From the NCBI GenBank assembly GCA_965219415.1, contig CBDCNP010000002.1, positions 1,984,001-2,048,000 of the forward strand: a stretch of 64,000 nucleotides of DNA, in the 5' to 3' direction. The notes beneath the pieces were generated by a model. That model was not told where the DNA came from. It ran no database searches and saw only the letters and a program-made list of their open reading frames with translations. This stretch comes from Candidatus Marinacidobacterales bacterium. Lineage in GTDB: Bacteria; Acidobacteriota; Vicinamibacteria; Marinacidobacterales; DATDRI01. Numbering within the stretch: the first letter of the stretch is position 1; each line of letters begins with the position of its first letter. Positions 12,781 through 22,468 of this stretch are shown piece by piece. Both the position numbers and the translations under genes were made by a program.

Positions 12781-12951
12781 AAGGGTCTCCTAAAGGGGTC
12801 ACTCGGTATCTTTTACAAACAATGTACCAAAAAGTGAACTAGGTGTGGGCAAGGAGACGCTACCGCCCTTCAATACACTCCGCCACTGGCCGTTTGCGGC
12901 TCGATTCTTGGCACGGAAATTGCTTCTATGTAACGTTGAGCGAGGTGGAAC

Positions 12952-13176
12952 ATGTTTCTACAGATCGTCAAACGAATCGACGAGCTCAAGCAACGGCTAT
13001 CCCACCTCCGTTGCCAGCGTAACGATGCCATGACCTTGATCGCCATAGAGGCAGTCGAGCAAGAGCTTGCTCGCACCGCGGCACGATTGCCTCGAGAATG
13101 GGATCTGGTCTCGAATCAATCGCAGGACACCGACGTCAACGAAGGTGCCCCAACCGGCTCACGATGGTGGCTCTGA
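12952..13176 (+). CDS. Small hypothetical protein
   Basis: ATG after GAGGTGG; 74 aa, helical. Confidence 0.45.
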   Translation: MFLQIVKRIDELKQRLSHLRCQRNDAMTLIAIEAVEQELARTAARLPREWDLVSNQSQDTDVNEGAPTGSRWWL

Positions 13177-13404
13177 GTCGTCGAAAGTCCTGAAGATCAC
13201 CGCGCCCCAGCGCGGATAGGCTCTCATCGAGCTTCCCCACGAGCTCGGCCAACTCCCTTTGCTCGAACTCAGTACGGATCTCGAGAAGACGCGCTCGGAT
13301 TTTTTCGACGTCCCCGAGCTCAATGGTATTGAGCGTCGCGATCAAAGAATCCAAGCTCTGCAAAAAAGACTCCCCTTTCGTGGCCTTCTGCAAGGTTGTA
13401 ACAT
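13136..13404 (-). CDS. Small hypothetical protein (start uncertain)
   Basis: Amphipathic helical ORF (LDSLIATLNTIELGDVEKI...IVSRLGHLR). Confidence 0.5.
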
Positions 13405-13467
13405 GCGTTAGGCGAGCGAATCTCGCTATTTTACCTTGCCCGTGCCCTGAACAAGCCCTTGCCAATT

Positions 13468-14646
13468 ATGCCCACAACACCCTTGGCTCATCCGTTGTCG
13501 GAGGCCGACAGCTTGGAATTGAGAGAAACCATTCGTGCCAAGGGTCGAGCCCTGGGTTTCGACAAGATCGGATTTGCTCCCGCCAAATTACCTGAGCAAG
13601 AACCGCGGCTCGCGGAATGGCTCGAGCGTGGCTACCACGGCGAGATGCGGTGGATGATGCGCGACCCGGCACGACGCACCGACGCCAGCCAAAGCCTCTC
13701 GGAGACGGTGACCCTGGTTTGCTGTGCCCTGAATTACTACCAAGGAGAGCGTCCGCCTCCGTCTTCATTAGAAGGCGTCGTCTCAACCTACGCGCACGGA
13801 GAAGACTACCACGACGTGCTCGAGGCGAAGCTACGGACTCTCGCCGATTTCGTTTCCGAGACATTCAATTTGCCGACCAAAACCTACGTCGACACCGGCC
13901 CCTTACTGGAAAAGGGCTATGCGGTAGCCGCCGGGTTGGGGTGGCTCGGTAAGCACTCCAACTTGATCTCGCGCCAGGGAAGCTCTTGGTTCTTCCTCGG
14001 GGAGATACTCCTTCCCATTGCGTTACCAAGCGACCTTTCGGAAAAAGACCATTGTGGCTCCTGCACTCGCTGCATCACCGCTTGTCCCACTGATGCGATC
14101 GTCGAGCCCTACGTGGTGGACAGCAATCTCTGCATCTCCTACTTGACGATCGAGCTTCGCGGATTCGTTCCTCGCAAGCTTCGGGCTCTCATCGGAAACC
14201 GCATCTACGGCTGCGACGATTGCCAGGATGTTTGCCCTTGGAATCGCTTCGCCGTCAAGAGCGACGAAGCCGCGTTTTTCCCGAGGGAACCTCTCGCCTC
14301 CATGGATCTCATCGCCATGTTGCGAATGACCCGCGACCAGTACCTAGCTGCTACCAAGAGTAGTGCCATACGCCGAGCCCGCTACCCGGGTCTACTCCGC
14401 AACGTGGCCATCGCTCTCGGCAACTCTGGGGATCCTCGAGCCTTACCCGGCCTGGTGGAAGCGCTCGAACACTCCGAAGCCCTGGTGCGTGGCCATGCCG
14501 CGTGGGCGTTAGGAGAACTCGGTCGACCCGACGCGCTGACGCCGCTTCGACTTCGCTTGGAACGGGAGGACCAGGAAGAAGTTCGGGAAGAGATCCGCTG
14601 CGCGATTTCCGAGCTGGGGGAATCTAGCGGGGTCGTGCCTGGATAA
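13468..14646 (+). CDS. queG: Epoxyqueuosine reductase
   Basis: GYHGEMRWM, YAHGEDYH, VDTGPLLEK, CGSCTRCITACPT, GCDDCQDVCPWN, HEAT tail. It reads on the + strand (ATGCCCACAACA at 13468) although the track labels it minus. Confidence 0.95.
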   Translation: MPTTPLAHPLSEADSLELRETIRAKGRALGFDKIGFAPAKLPEQEPRLAEWLERGYHGEMRWMMRDPARRTDASQSLSETVTLVCCALNYYQGERPPPSSLEGVVSTYAHGEDYHDVLEAKLRTLADFVSETFNLPTKTYVDTGPLLEKGYAVAAGLGWLGKHSNLISRQGSSWFFLGEILLPIALPSDLSEKDHCGSCTRCITACPTDAIVEPYVVDSNLCISYLTIELRGFVPRKLRALIGNRIYGCDDCQDVCPWNRFAVKSDEAAFFPREPLASMDLIAMLRMTRDQYLAATKSSAIRRARYPGLLRNVAIALGNSGDPRALPGLVEALEHSEALVRGHAAWALGELGRPDALTPLRLRLEREDQEEVREEIRCAISELGESSGVVPG

Positions 14647-16138
14647 CGATCGGGTGATAGGGACTGCCTGTCTCCCCCCCATTGCTACCGTTGCGCCCTC
14701 TCTCCGTCGGTCCATCTGCTCCCCTGAAGACGCGATTATCGTAGGTGCGGATCGCCAATGGTTCGGCGCGGGTGTCGTGGGAGCCATACGTTACGGGCGT
14801 GATCTCCATTCGATCGTCTTCGACCTGGACGAGAAGGAAGTGAGGCTGGTCCTCAGCATTGGTCGCCTCCATTTTTTCGCGGCGAAGTAACTCCAGCGAG
14901 CCCTTCTTGCGTCCCCCCTCACTCTTTCCGCCCGCGCCAGTCACAACGTAACGAGTCGTTCTCCAGAAACCTTCGGATTCTTGACGCGTCAGTTGGAAGT
15001 TGTGCACGTGTCCGCTGAAGGCGACTCGCACCCCTCCGGATGCGAGCAACGGCACGAGTTCCCTCTCGATCTCCATCAAGTTACGGTCCTTCGCCCGAGG
15101 ACCGTAGTGACCAGGCCCTGCATTGAAGGGTGGATGATGGAAATAAGCAATCTTCCAAAGGACATCTCTCGTTCGTGCCAGCTCCGACTCGAGCCAGAGC
15201 CGTTGCTCCGAGATCCCTTCCCCACCGTAAAGGGGCTGCCAAGTGATGCTGCCTCCGGTCTCTCGGTTTCTCGTCGTATCTAGGCTCAGCAACTCGACGT
15301 CTTTGCCATAGCGCACGGCATAGAAGCGGTCCGCGACCTTTTTCACTATCGGGACAATTTTTTTCTTCCGGAAGCGATCCTTCCAGACGGCGCACCGTCG
15401 CGTTTCTTGCGTCGATTCGCTCTCACTCCCGTCGTGATTCCCTGGGGAGGGGAAGAAAGGAATCCGGCTCACCAGTGTTTGGTAGGGAACGAAGAACTTC
15501 TTGTAAAACTGCTCGTCGTCACTACCGGTAGAGACGAAGAGGAAGAAATCGTAAAAGTTATCCCCCGTCGTCAGGATGAAGCGGACCGGACTCGAGGTAC
15601 GCTGACGTTCGTCCACCACCCGGCGCATAGTCTCCGCCAAACGAAACTGCTTCTTGCTCCCGGTACCGAAATCCCCGAGAACCAGGAACGATAGCGCGCC
15701 CGAGTCCACGTCAGGCCCGGGGAAGCTTCGGAAATGGAGAAGCCCCTCTCGACGATAGACGGCATCTCCCCAAGGCCTCCCGTTAACCCCAAGCTCGTAT
15801 CGATAGTCCGTCGAAGGCTCGGGCAACGGCACTTCGATCCAATTTCGTTCGCTGGCAAGGAAAGGGGAACCAGGGATCGGCTCGCCGCTTTGAAGATAAG
15901 AAACTTCGAGCTCCGCAGGTCCAAGAATAGGCGACGACTCGCCGATCGTATTTCGTGACTTCCCGCGAGGTCCCCCCCAAGCAACCACCACGCTCTCGTG
16001 AGTCAACCTCTGGAGATAAATAAACTCCTGGGCATTCTCCTCTCGGGACGCGGAGCCTAGGGTCACGACCACAATCGAGGCGATCGGAACCAACAAGAAC
16101 AACGCGAACCGGAAGGGATTCTTCACCAAGGTGAGCAC
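14624..16138 (-). CDS. Exported metallophosphoesterase (purple acid phosphatase-like)
   Basis: N-terminal TM; GDFG, GDNFY, GNHD, HHPP, SGHVH motifs. Confidence 0.85.
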   Translation of the reverse strand: MLTLVKNPFRFALFLLVPIASIVVVTLGSASREENAQEFIYLQRLTHESVVVAWGGPRGKSRNTIGESSPILGPAELEVSYLQSGEPIPGSPFLASERNWIEVPLPEPSTDYRYELGVNGRPWGDAVYRREGLLHFRSFPGPDVDSGALSFLVLGDFGTGSKKQFRLAETMRRVVDERQRTSSPVRFILTTGDNFYDFFLFVSTGSDDEQFYKKFFVPYQTLVSRIPFFPSPGNHDGSESESTQETRRCAVWKDRFRKKKIVPIVKKVADRFYAVRYGKDVELLSLDTTRNRETGGSITWQPLYGGEGISEQRLWLESELARTRDVLWKIAYFHHPPFNAGPGHYGPRAKDRNLMEIERELVPLLASGGVRVAFSGHVHNFQLTRQESEGFWRTTRYVVTGAGGKSEGGRKKGSLELLRREKMEATNAEDQPHFLLVQVEDDRMEITPVTYGSHDTRAEPLAIRTYDNRVFRGADGPTERGRNGSNGGETGSPYHPIVIQARPR

Positions 16139-16169
16139 GCTCGGCGCAAAAGGACTGCTGTTTCGGGAG

Positions 16170-16595
16170 CTACTCGTTGAGAGGTTGCACCCCGACCTCG
16201 CCGAGCCACTCTAGAATCCTGCGCTCGACGACCTGCTCTTTGAACCGGCTCCACTTCTCACGTGTTTCCGGCAGGTTGTCCAGAGTGTCGTTGAATCGGG
16301 CTCGAGCCTCCTGCTCCTTAAGCGACGAGCTGAGGAGTTTCCGGTCCCGATCTGCTAGAGTGCCGACGAATTGACGGATTTCGCGAAACGGTACGAGGCG
16401 ACGGGAAAGGGGGATGGTTACGTACCGTTCTTCGGCAGTTAGCCTTTGCTCGTCTTCTTGCTCTTCCTCGTTCTCGAGATACGTAGAAAAGAAGTGGACC
16501 TCTCCCGTATCTCGATCGAGATAGTAGCGGTGCTCCCGGGAATCATCCTCGAAAGCGTCCGCCAACTCCAACCAGTCGACTCTCAGCTGCTTCAT
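16170..16595 (-). CDS. UPF0158-family protein
   Basis: LRVDWLELADAFED...YYLDRDTGEV...RERF/W pattern typical of the family. Confidence 0.75.
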   Translation of the reverse strand: MKQLRVDWLELADAFEDDSREHRYYLDRDTGEVHFFSTYLENEEEQEDEQRLTAEERYVTIPLSRRLVPFREIRQFVGTLADRDRKLLSSSLKEQEARARFNDTLDNLPETREKWSRFKEQVVERRILEWLGEVGVQPLNE

Positions 16596-16678
16596 ATTCG
16601 GCTCTCTCCCGATTTTCGCCCAAAGCGCGCCTTCAATCAAGGCCGGCTTCGCGAAATGACGGGAAACAGCAGGCCCCC

Positions 16679-17780
16679 TCATTGCACATAGTCCATGGTA
16701 CTGATATCCCAATAGTTACGGAACGATCCTGAATCGTACAAAGTTAGAAACCGAGGGATGCGCTGCAGAACCACCGTGCTTCGGTGACCCGGCATGGCGG
16801 CGGGGTGGTTGAGACCGTAATCGAAGTAGGCTCGAATGAACAAACTGTTTGTCGTCAGCGGGAGAGAACGCACGTTTTCGACGTATTGTCGAAACCCACC
16901 CGCGCGAAGAAGGTAAAACTCGACGTTCGAGACATAGAATGCGGAAACTGTCTCCCCTTGTTCCCTCAGAAAGTCTCCGACCGCGCGGAGAGCGTGGCCT
17001 CCCGCGAAGTCTCCGACTACCGGAATCAAGCGGCCGCCCATCGCAAGCTCCCTCACATAGCGATAGTCCTCGGGTGAGCCCAGGAAATTGCCCTGCTGCC
17101 CGGTCGGTCCCTCCGCCACCAGCAACGCTCGGTAGTCGGGATGGTAGGGCATGGGGGGGCGCCCGAAGGTACGGAACCGGATGCCGAGTTGTTCGTCGAA
17201 GAGCGACCGATAGACGAAGCGGATGTGATCCCGATCTCGCTTGGAGAGCGGCACCTTGAGCCGTTCGATATGCTCGAGAATGAGCAGCAAATTTTCTTCG
17301 TATAGCTGCTCGCTGGGTAGGCTCGACTCGAACGCGGCGACGACCCGGCCAAGGCTGGCCGTCCCGACCGGCTCGTTTTCGATGGCACGGGAAAATAACC
17401 AACACAGTATTGGTAGGGGGTTTCCGCCTGGGACAAGACCGCATTCAACAGAAGATGCTGAAGCATGTTCTGCCTCCGAACATCCACGATAAAAGCCCAC
17501 CGCGGTCGCACCCGCCCGATATACGAGTTCTGTTCCGGTCCCACACCAACGTAGCCCCCCCAACCGGCCGCAGCTGCTCCACCACCTGCATGTAGGAGGT
17601 CTCGTTGGAAATGATGTTGTCGGTATCGAAGAACCCCCCCGGCTCAGACAACGATTGGATGAGCGACGAGAGGTCCGGAACTGACTCCTTTTCGGCCGGT
17701 CGGCTGCACGCCGAGACGAGCGTCAAGAGAACGCCGAGGAGTTTCAGGAACCGGTGATTCATCTTTCCAGATCTTGACAC
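16679..17780 (-). CDS. Conserved hypothetical lipoprotein (frameshifted)
   Basis: Lipobox VSAC; SEPGGFFDTDNIISNETSY, GPEQN-SYI, FYVSNVEFYL across several frames. Confidence 0.7.
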
Positions 17781-17899
17781 AAATAGAGTTGGCGGGTCGC
17801 CTATTTAGCCCTTAGGTAAGTATGGCCCCGCGTAAGGCGGCTTTCAGATCATGCTGGCCGCCAAACCGTCGAGGTGCCGCTATCAACGAAGCCAGGCGG

Positions 17900-20800
17900 C
17901 TAGCGGCCGCGCTCGAATACCGAGTAGACCACTGGGATGATGAGAAGGGTCAGCGCCGTAGAAGTCAGGAGGCCACCGACTACGGTAAGGGCCATCGGCG
18001 AGCGAAGCTCGCTGCCTTCTCCCAGGCCGAGTGCCATCGGGAAAAGCCCGAGGACCGTCGTCGAAGTCGTCATCAAAATGGGCCGCAGCCGCGCTTGTCC
18101 GGCGTTTCGGAGTGCCTCAAGCTTCGACTGCCCCTTCCGCCGCAAACGGTTGGTGTAGTCCACCAAGATGATAGCGTTGTTCACGACGATGCCGGCTAGA
18201 AGGATGACGCCGATGAGCACCACGATGCTGACGGTAACCCGGAAAAGATAGAGCGTCACCAGCACCCCCACAAGGGAAAAAGGCACGCTGAACAAAATGA
18301 CGAACGGATGCAGGAGCGATTCGAACTGAGACGCCATAACCAGGTAAACCATGAAGACCGCCAACAAAATGGCAAAACGCATGCTCTCGAACGACGTCTC
18401 CATTTCCTGCTGCTGCCCACCCATGCGCCAGTCGAACCCCGCCGGGAATGTCATCTCGTTGAGCGCTTGCAGAATTTCTTCCGAAGCCGAGCCCAGGTCT
18501 CGCTCCACGAGATTGGCAGTGATCAGCGCTACCCGATCGCCGTCGCCTCGGCGAATCTCCGCCGGCCCTTCGGCCTCGACGACTTCCGCGACCGCGGACA
18601 AAGGGATCGCGGTAGAGCCTGCGTGGGCAATGTTCAAGTTGGACAAATCGACCGTGCTGTCCCGGAATCGTTCCTCCGAACGAAGACGGATGTCGATGGT
18701 TCGGTCTTCGCGGTTGATGTCCGTGGCAACGACCCCTAACACCTTGGCCCGCACGGTGGCCGCGACGTCATTCACGTTGTAACCAAGCGAAGCAAGCCGG
18801 TCTCGGTTGAACCGGATTTGAAGCTCCGGGTTACCCCCTTCGGTTGACGACTTGACGTCCACCACGCCAGGCATGGTGCGCAAGCGCTTCATCAACTGGT
18901 CGGCCAAGCGCCCCAGCAACTTCAGGTTGTAGCCGCGGATCTCGACCTCGATGGGAGTCTTGAAGCTGAAGTAGGTCGGACGACCAAACCGATAGAGCAT
19001 TTCCCCGTCCCGCTCCAATGCAGGACGGAGCGACTCCATCAGTTCGTCCTCCCTTTCTAGAGTCGGCACGCCATCGATGGTGAGCGTAAGCTGCCCGATG
19101 TTTTCCCTTCTCTCCCCCGCAACGCCGCCTTGTTCGTTCGAGGCGCCGACGATCGCATAGACCGTACGCACACCTTCCAACTCCTCCGCAACACCCTCCA
19201 GATTAGCCAGGCGCCGGGATGTGACATCGAGGTGAGTTCCCGGAGGAAGCTCTGTATTGACGAAGAACTCCCCTTGTATGAGCTCCGGAACAAGCTCTCG
19301 CCCCAACTGTCCCAACAAGAACAAGCTACCTGCAAAGAGCACCGATGTGATCAAGATCGTTGCAGCGCGGCGCCGCAGAACCGCATCGAGAACCCGAGGG
19401 TAGTTGAGAGTCACGAACCCAAAGGCCTTATCGAACCCTTTGGATGGGAGAAAAAGGACTCCATGAATCACCGCACTCACGCTCCGGCCCAAGAACTTGA
19501 CGACCCGCACCAGGACCACTCCGATACGAAACAACTTGTCGCTCAGCCAGCGCTGAAACGAAGAGACTTCGTGCTGAGACGCATCGTCCGAGACGCTTTG
19601 GTTCCATTCCCGCGAGGCCAACATGGGGATGAGCGTTAAGGCCACGAAAAGCGAGACCCCGAGTGAGAACGCCACCGTGAGCGCTTGGTCGCCAAAGAGT
19701 TGTCCTGCCACGCCCTCTACGAAGACGATGGGCACGAACACGCAAATCGTGGTGAGGGTACTGGCGACCACCGCCTGGCCCACCTCGCCGGCTCCGACCC
19801 GAGCCGCCTCCACGACATCGAGGCCTTCTTCCCGCTTCCGTTGAATCGATTCCAGGACAACGATGGAATTGTCCACCAGGAGACCGATACCCAGGGTAAG
19901 TCCTCCGAGGGACATGATGTTCAGCGATATGCCCGTGACGTACATCAAGAAAAACGTCGCCACCACCGAGATGGGTATCGAAACTCCGATGATGACGGTA
20001 GATTGGATGTTCCGAAGGAAAAGGAGGAGGATCAGAATGGCAAGGCACCCTCCGATAACGGCGGTCTGCATCACCTCTCGGATCGACTGACGGATGTATC
20101 GAGCCTGATCGGTGATGACGGTGAATTGGAGATTCGGATCGAGCTGTGCCAGCTTCTGCCGGACTTCCTCGAACCGCTCGGTGACGTCGTTCACAACGGT
20201 AACGGAATTCGTCCCACCTTCCTTGTAGACGCCGACCTCCACGCTCTCCTGGCCGTTGATTCGAGTAATGACCTCTCGTTCTTTGTGTCCTTGGTAAATG
20301 AGAGCGATGTCTTCCAATCGCACGACCGCCCCGCCGGAGTTGTCCACGATAATTTGTCTCATGTCCGACGGACGCTCGAACTCATTGACGGTGCGGACGA
20401 GATACTCGGTCTGGCCATCCTCCAAACGTCCGCCGGTTAGGTTGACGTTCTCTTGGGCCAACCGTGTAATCACCTCATTGACGCTCAACCCTAGCCCGGC
20501 AACACGGCGCTCGTTGATCTCTACATGGATCTCTTCTTCGAGACCGCCGTTGACCAAGACCGCGGCCACCCCCTCCACACGCTCGAGTAGGCGTTTCACA
20601 TCCTGCTCGGCGACGAGGCGCACCCGGATCAAGTCGTCGTCACCATAGAGACCGATGCGCATCACCGGATCAAGAGAAGGATCGTATCGAAGCAATATCG
20701 GCCGACCGGCATCGTCCGGCAGTTCCACCACATCCAACCGTTCACGGACGTCGAGGGCGGCAAGATCCATGTTGGTGTCCCAGCCGAACTCTAAAGTGAT

Positions 20801-21070
20801 CTCGCTGACGTTCATCCGCGAACTGGAGGCGACCTTCACCACGTTGTTGACCACGCCCACCGCATTTTCGAGAGGCTTGGTGATCAACGCCTCGACCTCG
20901 GTCGGCGCAACCCCCTCGTACTCGGTCCGTACCGTCAGGGACGGGTAAGTGATCTCCGGGAGGAGATCTACGGCTAGATCGTCGAAGGCCACCAACCCGA
21001 AAACCACCGCGGCAGCCGAAAAGACGAATACCGTGACGGGCCGGCGGATGGAGAAGTCGATAATTCTCAT
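17900..21070 (-). CDS. RND efflux permease (AcrB/SwrC-like)
   Basis: 1056 aa; VDNSIVVLE, VNNAIILVD, RLRPILMT. Confidence 0.95.
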   Translation of the reverse strand: MRIIDFSIRRPVTVFVFSAAAVVFGLVAFDDLAVDLLPEITYPSLTVRTEYEGVAPTEVEALITKPLENAVGVVNNVVKVASSSRMNVSEITLEFGWDTNMDLAALDVRERLDVVELPDDAGRPILLRYDPSLDPVMRIGLYGDDDLIRVRLVAEQDVKRLLERVEGVAAVLVNGGLEEEIHVEINERRVAGLGLSVNEVITRLAQENVNLTGGRLEDGQTEYLVRTVNEFERPSDMRQIIVDNSGGAVVRLEDIALIYQGHKEREVITRINGQESVEVGVYKEGGTNSVTVVNDVTERFEEVRQKLAQLDPNLQFTVITDQARYIRQSIREVMQTAVIGGCLAILILLLFLRNIQSTVIIGVSIPISVVATFFLMYVTGISLNIMSLGGLTLGIGLLVDNSIVVLESIQRKREEGLDVVEAARVGAGEVGQAVVASTLTTICVFVPIVFVEGVAGQLFGDQALTVAFSLGVSLFVALTLIPMLASREWNQSVSDDASQHEVSSFQRWLSDKLFRIGVVLVRVVKFLGRSVSAVIHGVLFLPSKGFDKAFGFVTLNYPRVLDAVLRRRAATILITSVLFAGSLFLLGQLGRELVPELIQGEFFVNTELPPGTHLDVTSRRLANLEGVAEELEGVRTVYAIVGASNEQGGVAGERRENIGQLTLTIDGVPTLEREDELMESLRPALERDGEMLYRFGRPTYFSFKTPIEVEIRGYNLKLLGRLADQLMKRLRTMPGVVDVKSSTEGGNPELQIRFNRDRLASLGYNVNDVAATVRAKVLGVVATDINREDRTIDIRLRSEERFRDSTVDLSNLNIAHAGSTAIPLSAVAEVVEAEGPAEIRRGDGDRVALITANLVERDLGSASEEILQALNEMTFPAGFDWRMGGQQQEMETSFESMRFAILLAVFMVYLVMASQFESLLHPFVILFSVPFSLVGVLVTLYLFRVTVSIVVLIGVILLAGIVVNNAIILVDYTNRLRRKGQSKLEALRNAGQARLRPILMTTSTTVLGLFPMALGLGEGSELRSPMALTVVGGLLTSTALTLLIIPVVYSVFERGR

Positions 21071-21089
21071 GCGGGGTAAGAGAAGAGGA

Positions 21090-22448
21090 CTAGGGTTGTG
21101 GTTTTCCGAGGCGTCTACTCAACGCCTTTTCGATCTGTTCGTCGCTCATACCGCGTTGACGCATGCGCTCTTTTGTTTGCTGCAACTGCTTCGGAGTCAT
21201 CTTGGAGGGGTCCATTCTCCCGGTACGCTGGCCGGGGCCGCGGAATTCCGAGTCTCCCCCGGGACGACTGGAACTACCACCTTGGGCGACAGCTTGTCCC
21301 GCGCCAGGCGGCCGGGGAGAGACCTCCGCTAGGGGTTCCGCTCCCGGCCCCTTGAGAACGAAAATCGGAGTTCCGTCGCTCAAACCGTCTTGCCCAACGA
21401 CCACGACGCGGTCCTCTTCACTGAGTCCGGACAGGACTTCAACGAAGTCGGACTCTTCGAACCCGATCTCGATGTCCCGACGTTCCGCCAGCCCCGCGTT
21501 GACCACGTAGACGGTGTCACCGAGGCTCTCGAGGGATAGGGCCGACTTCGGAATGACGAGGGCGTCGGCGTGGGAGTCGCGAACCAAATAGACGCTGGCG
21601 AACATCCCGGGCGAAAGCTTTCCTCGCGCCTTGACCTGCAGCGTGACCTCGATGGTGCCGGTATCAGCATCCACTACCGGCCGAATTCGTAGCACACGCG
21701 CCGAGAACCGCTCTCCCCGCCAGGCCTCAACGGTGATGTACGCGGTTTGGGAGACCTTCAGATTCGAGAGCTCCTTCTCCGGAACTTGAATCGGGCAAAG
21801 AAGAGGGTCGAAGTCCGAGATCCGGAAAAGCCTTTGATTGGCGGTGACGTTCTCCGCGAACTTGATGTACCTCTCGATGATGATTCCCGCGAAGGGCGCC
21901 TCGATTTTCGAGTAGCCGAGCAGAATCTGACTCCCCTCGCGTTGAGCCTCCGCCGACTCGAGCTTGGTGAGTGCTTGGTCGTAGACCTCCCGGCTAATCA
22001 CGCTCTCCTCGAAGGAAGCCTTGGCGCGTTGGTGGGTGCGCTTCGCCTCCTCGACGGCGACTCGGGAAATGCCGACCTGTGCCTGCAACCCTTCGTCATC
22101 GATCCGTGCCAGAAGCTGCCCTTTCTCGACGACCATACCTTCCTCGACCAGGAGCTCCACCACGGGTCCCGCGGTCCGGGCTACGATGTCGACATCGTTC
22201 TCGGCTTCCAAGGTCCCGTTCGTCTCGATGAAGGAGGAAATGGATCGACGTTCGGGTCGAGCCACTTCGACCGGAACCCCGGCGTCGGTCTCCGGTGAAG
22301 GCTCGCGGTTACTTCCCCTTCCACCCCCCGGTCCGGAAGCCCCGTGCCCACCCCCTCCGTGCGGATTCTCAGATGGTTCGTCGCCTCCGCAGGCGAGAAG
22401 GCCCCACGCGATAGCGATCGCAGAAATGTACTTGCCGTGTCTCAGCAT
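21090..22448 (-). CDS. RND periplasmic adaptor (MFP) lipoprotein
   Basis: Lipobox LLAC; IEAPFAG, LSPGMF. Confidence 0.92.
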   Translation of the reverse strand: MLRHGKYISAIAIAWGLLACGGDEPSENPHGGGGHGASGPGGGRGSNREPSPETDAGVPVEVARPERRSISSFIETNGTLEAENDVDIVARTAGPVVELLVEEGMVVEKGQLLARIDDEGLQAQVGISRVAVEEAKRTHQRAKASFEESVISREVYDQALTKLESAEAQREGSQILLGYSKIEAPFAGIIIERYIKFAENVTANQRLFRISDFDPLLCPIQVPEKELSNLKVSQTAYITVEAWRGERFSARVLRIRPVVDADTGTIEVTLQVKARGKLSPGMFASVYLVRDSHADALVIPKSALSLESLGDTVYVVNAGLAERRDIEIGFEESDFVEVLSGLSEEDRVVVVGQDGLSDGTPIFVLKGPGAEPLAEVSPRPPGAGQAVAQGGSSSRPGGDSEFRGPGQRTGRMDPSKMTPKQLQQTKERMRQRGMSDEQIEKALSRRLGKPQP

Positions 22449-22468
22449 TCCTTCTTAATGGTCCTTCC

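Noticed and set aside
13459-14646. The ORF track lists the QueG ORF on the minus strand
   Set aside because: The listed translation matches the + strand (TTGCCAATTATGCCCACA at 13459), so it is annotated as +.
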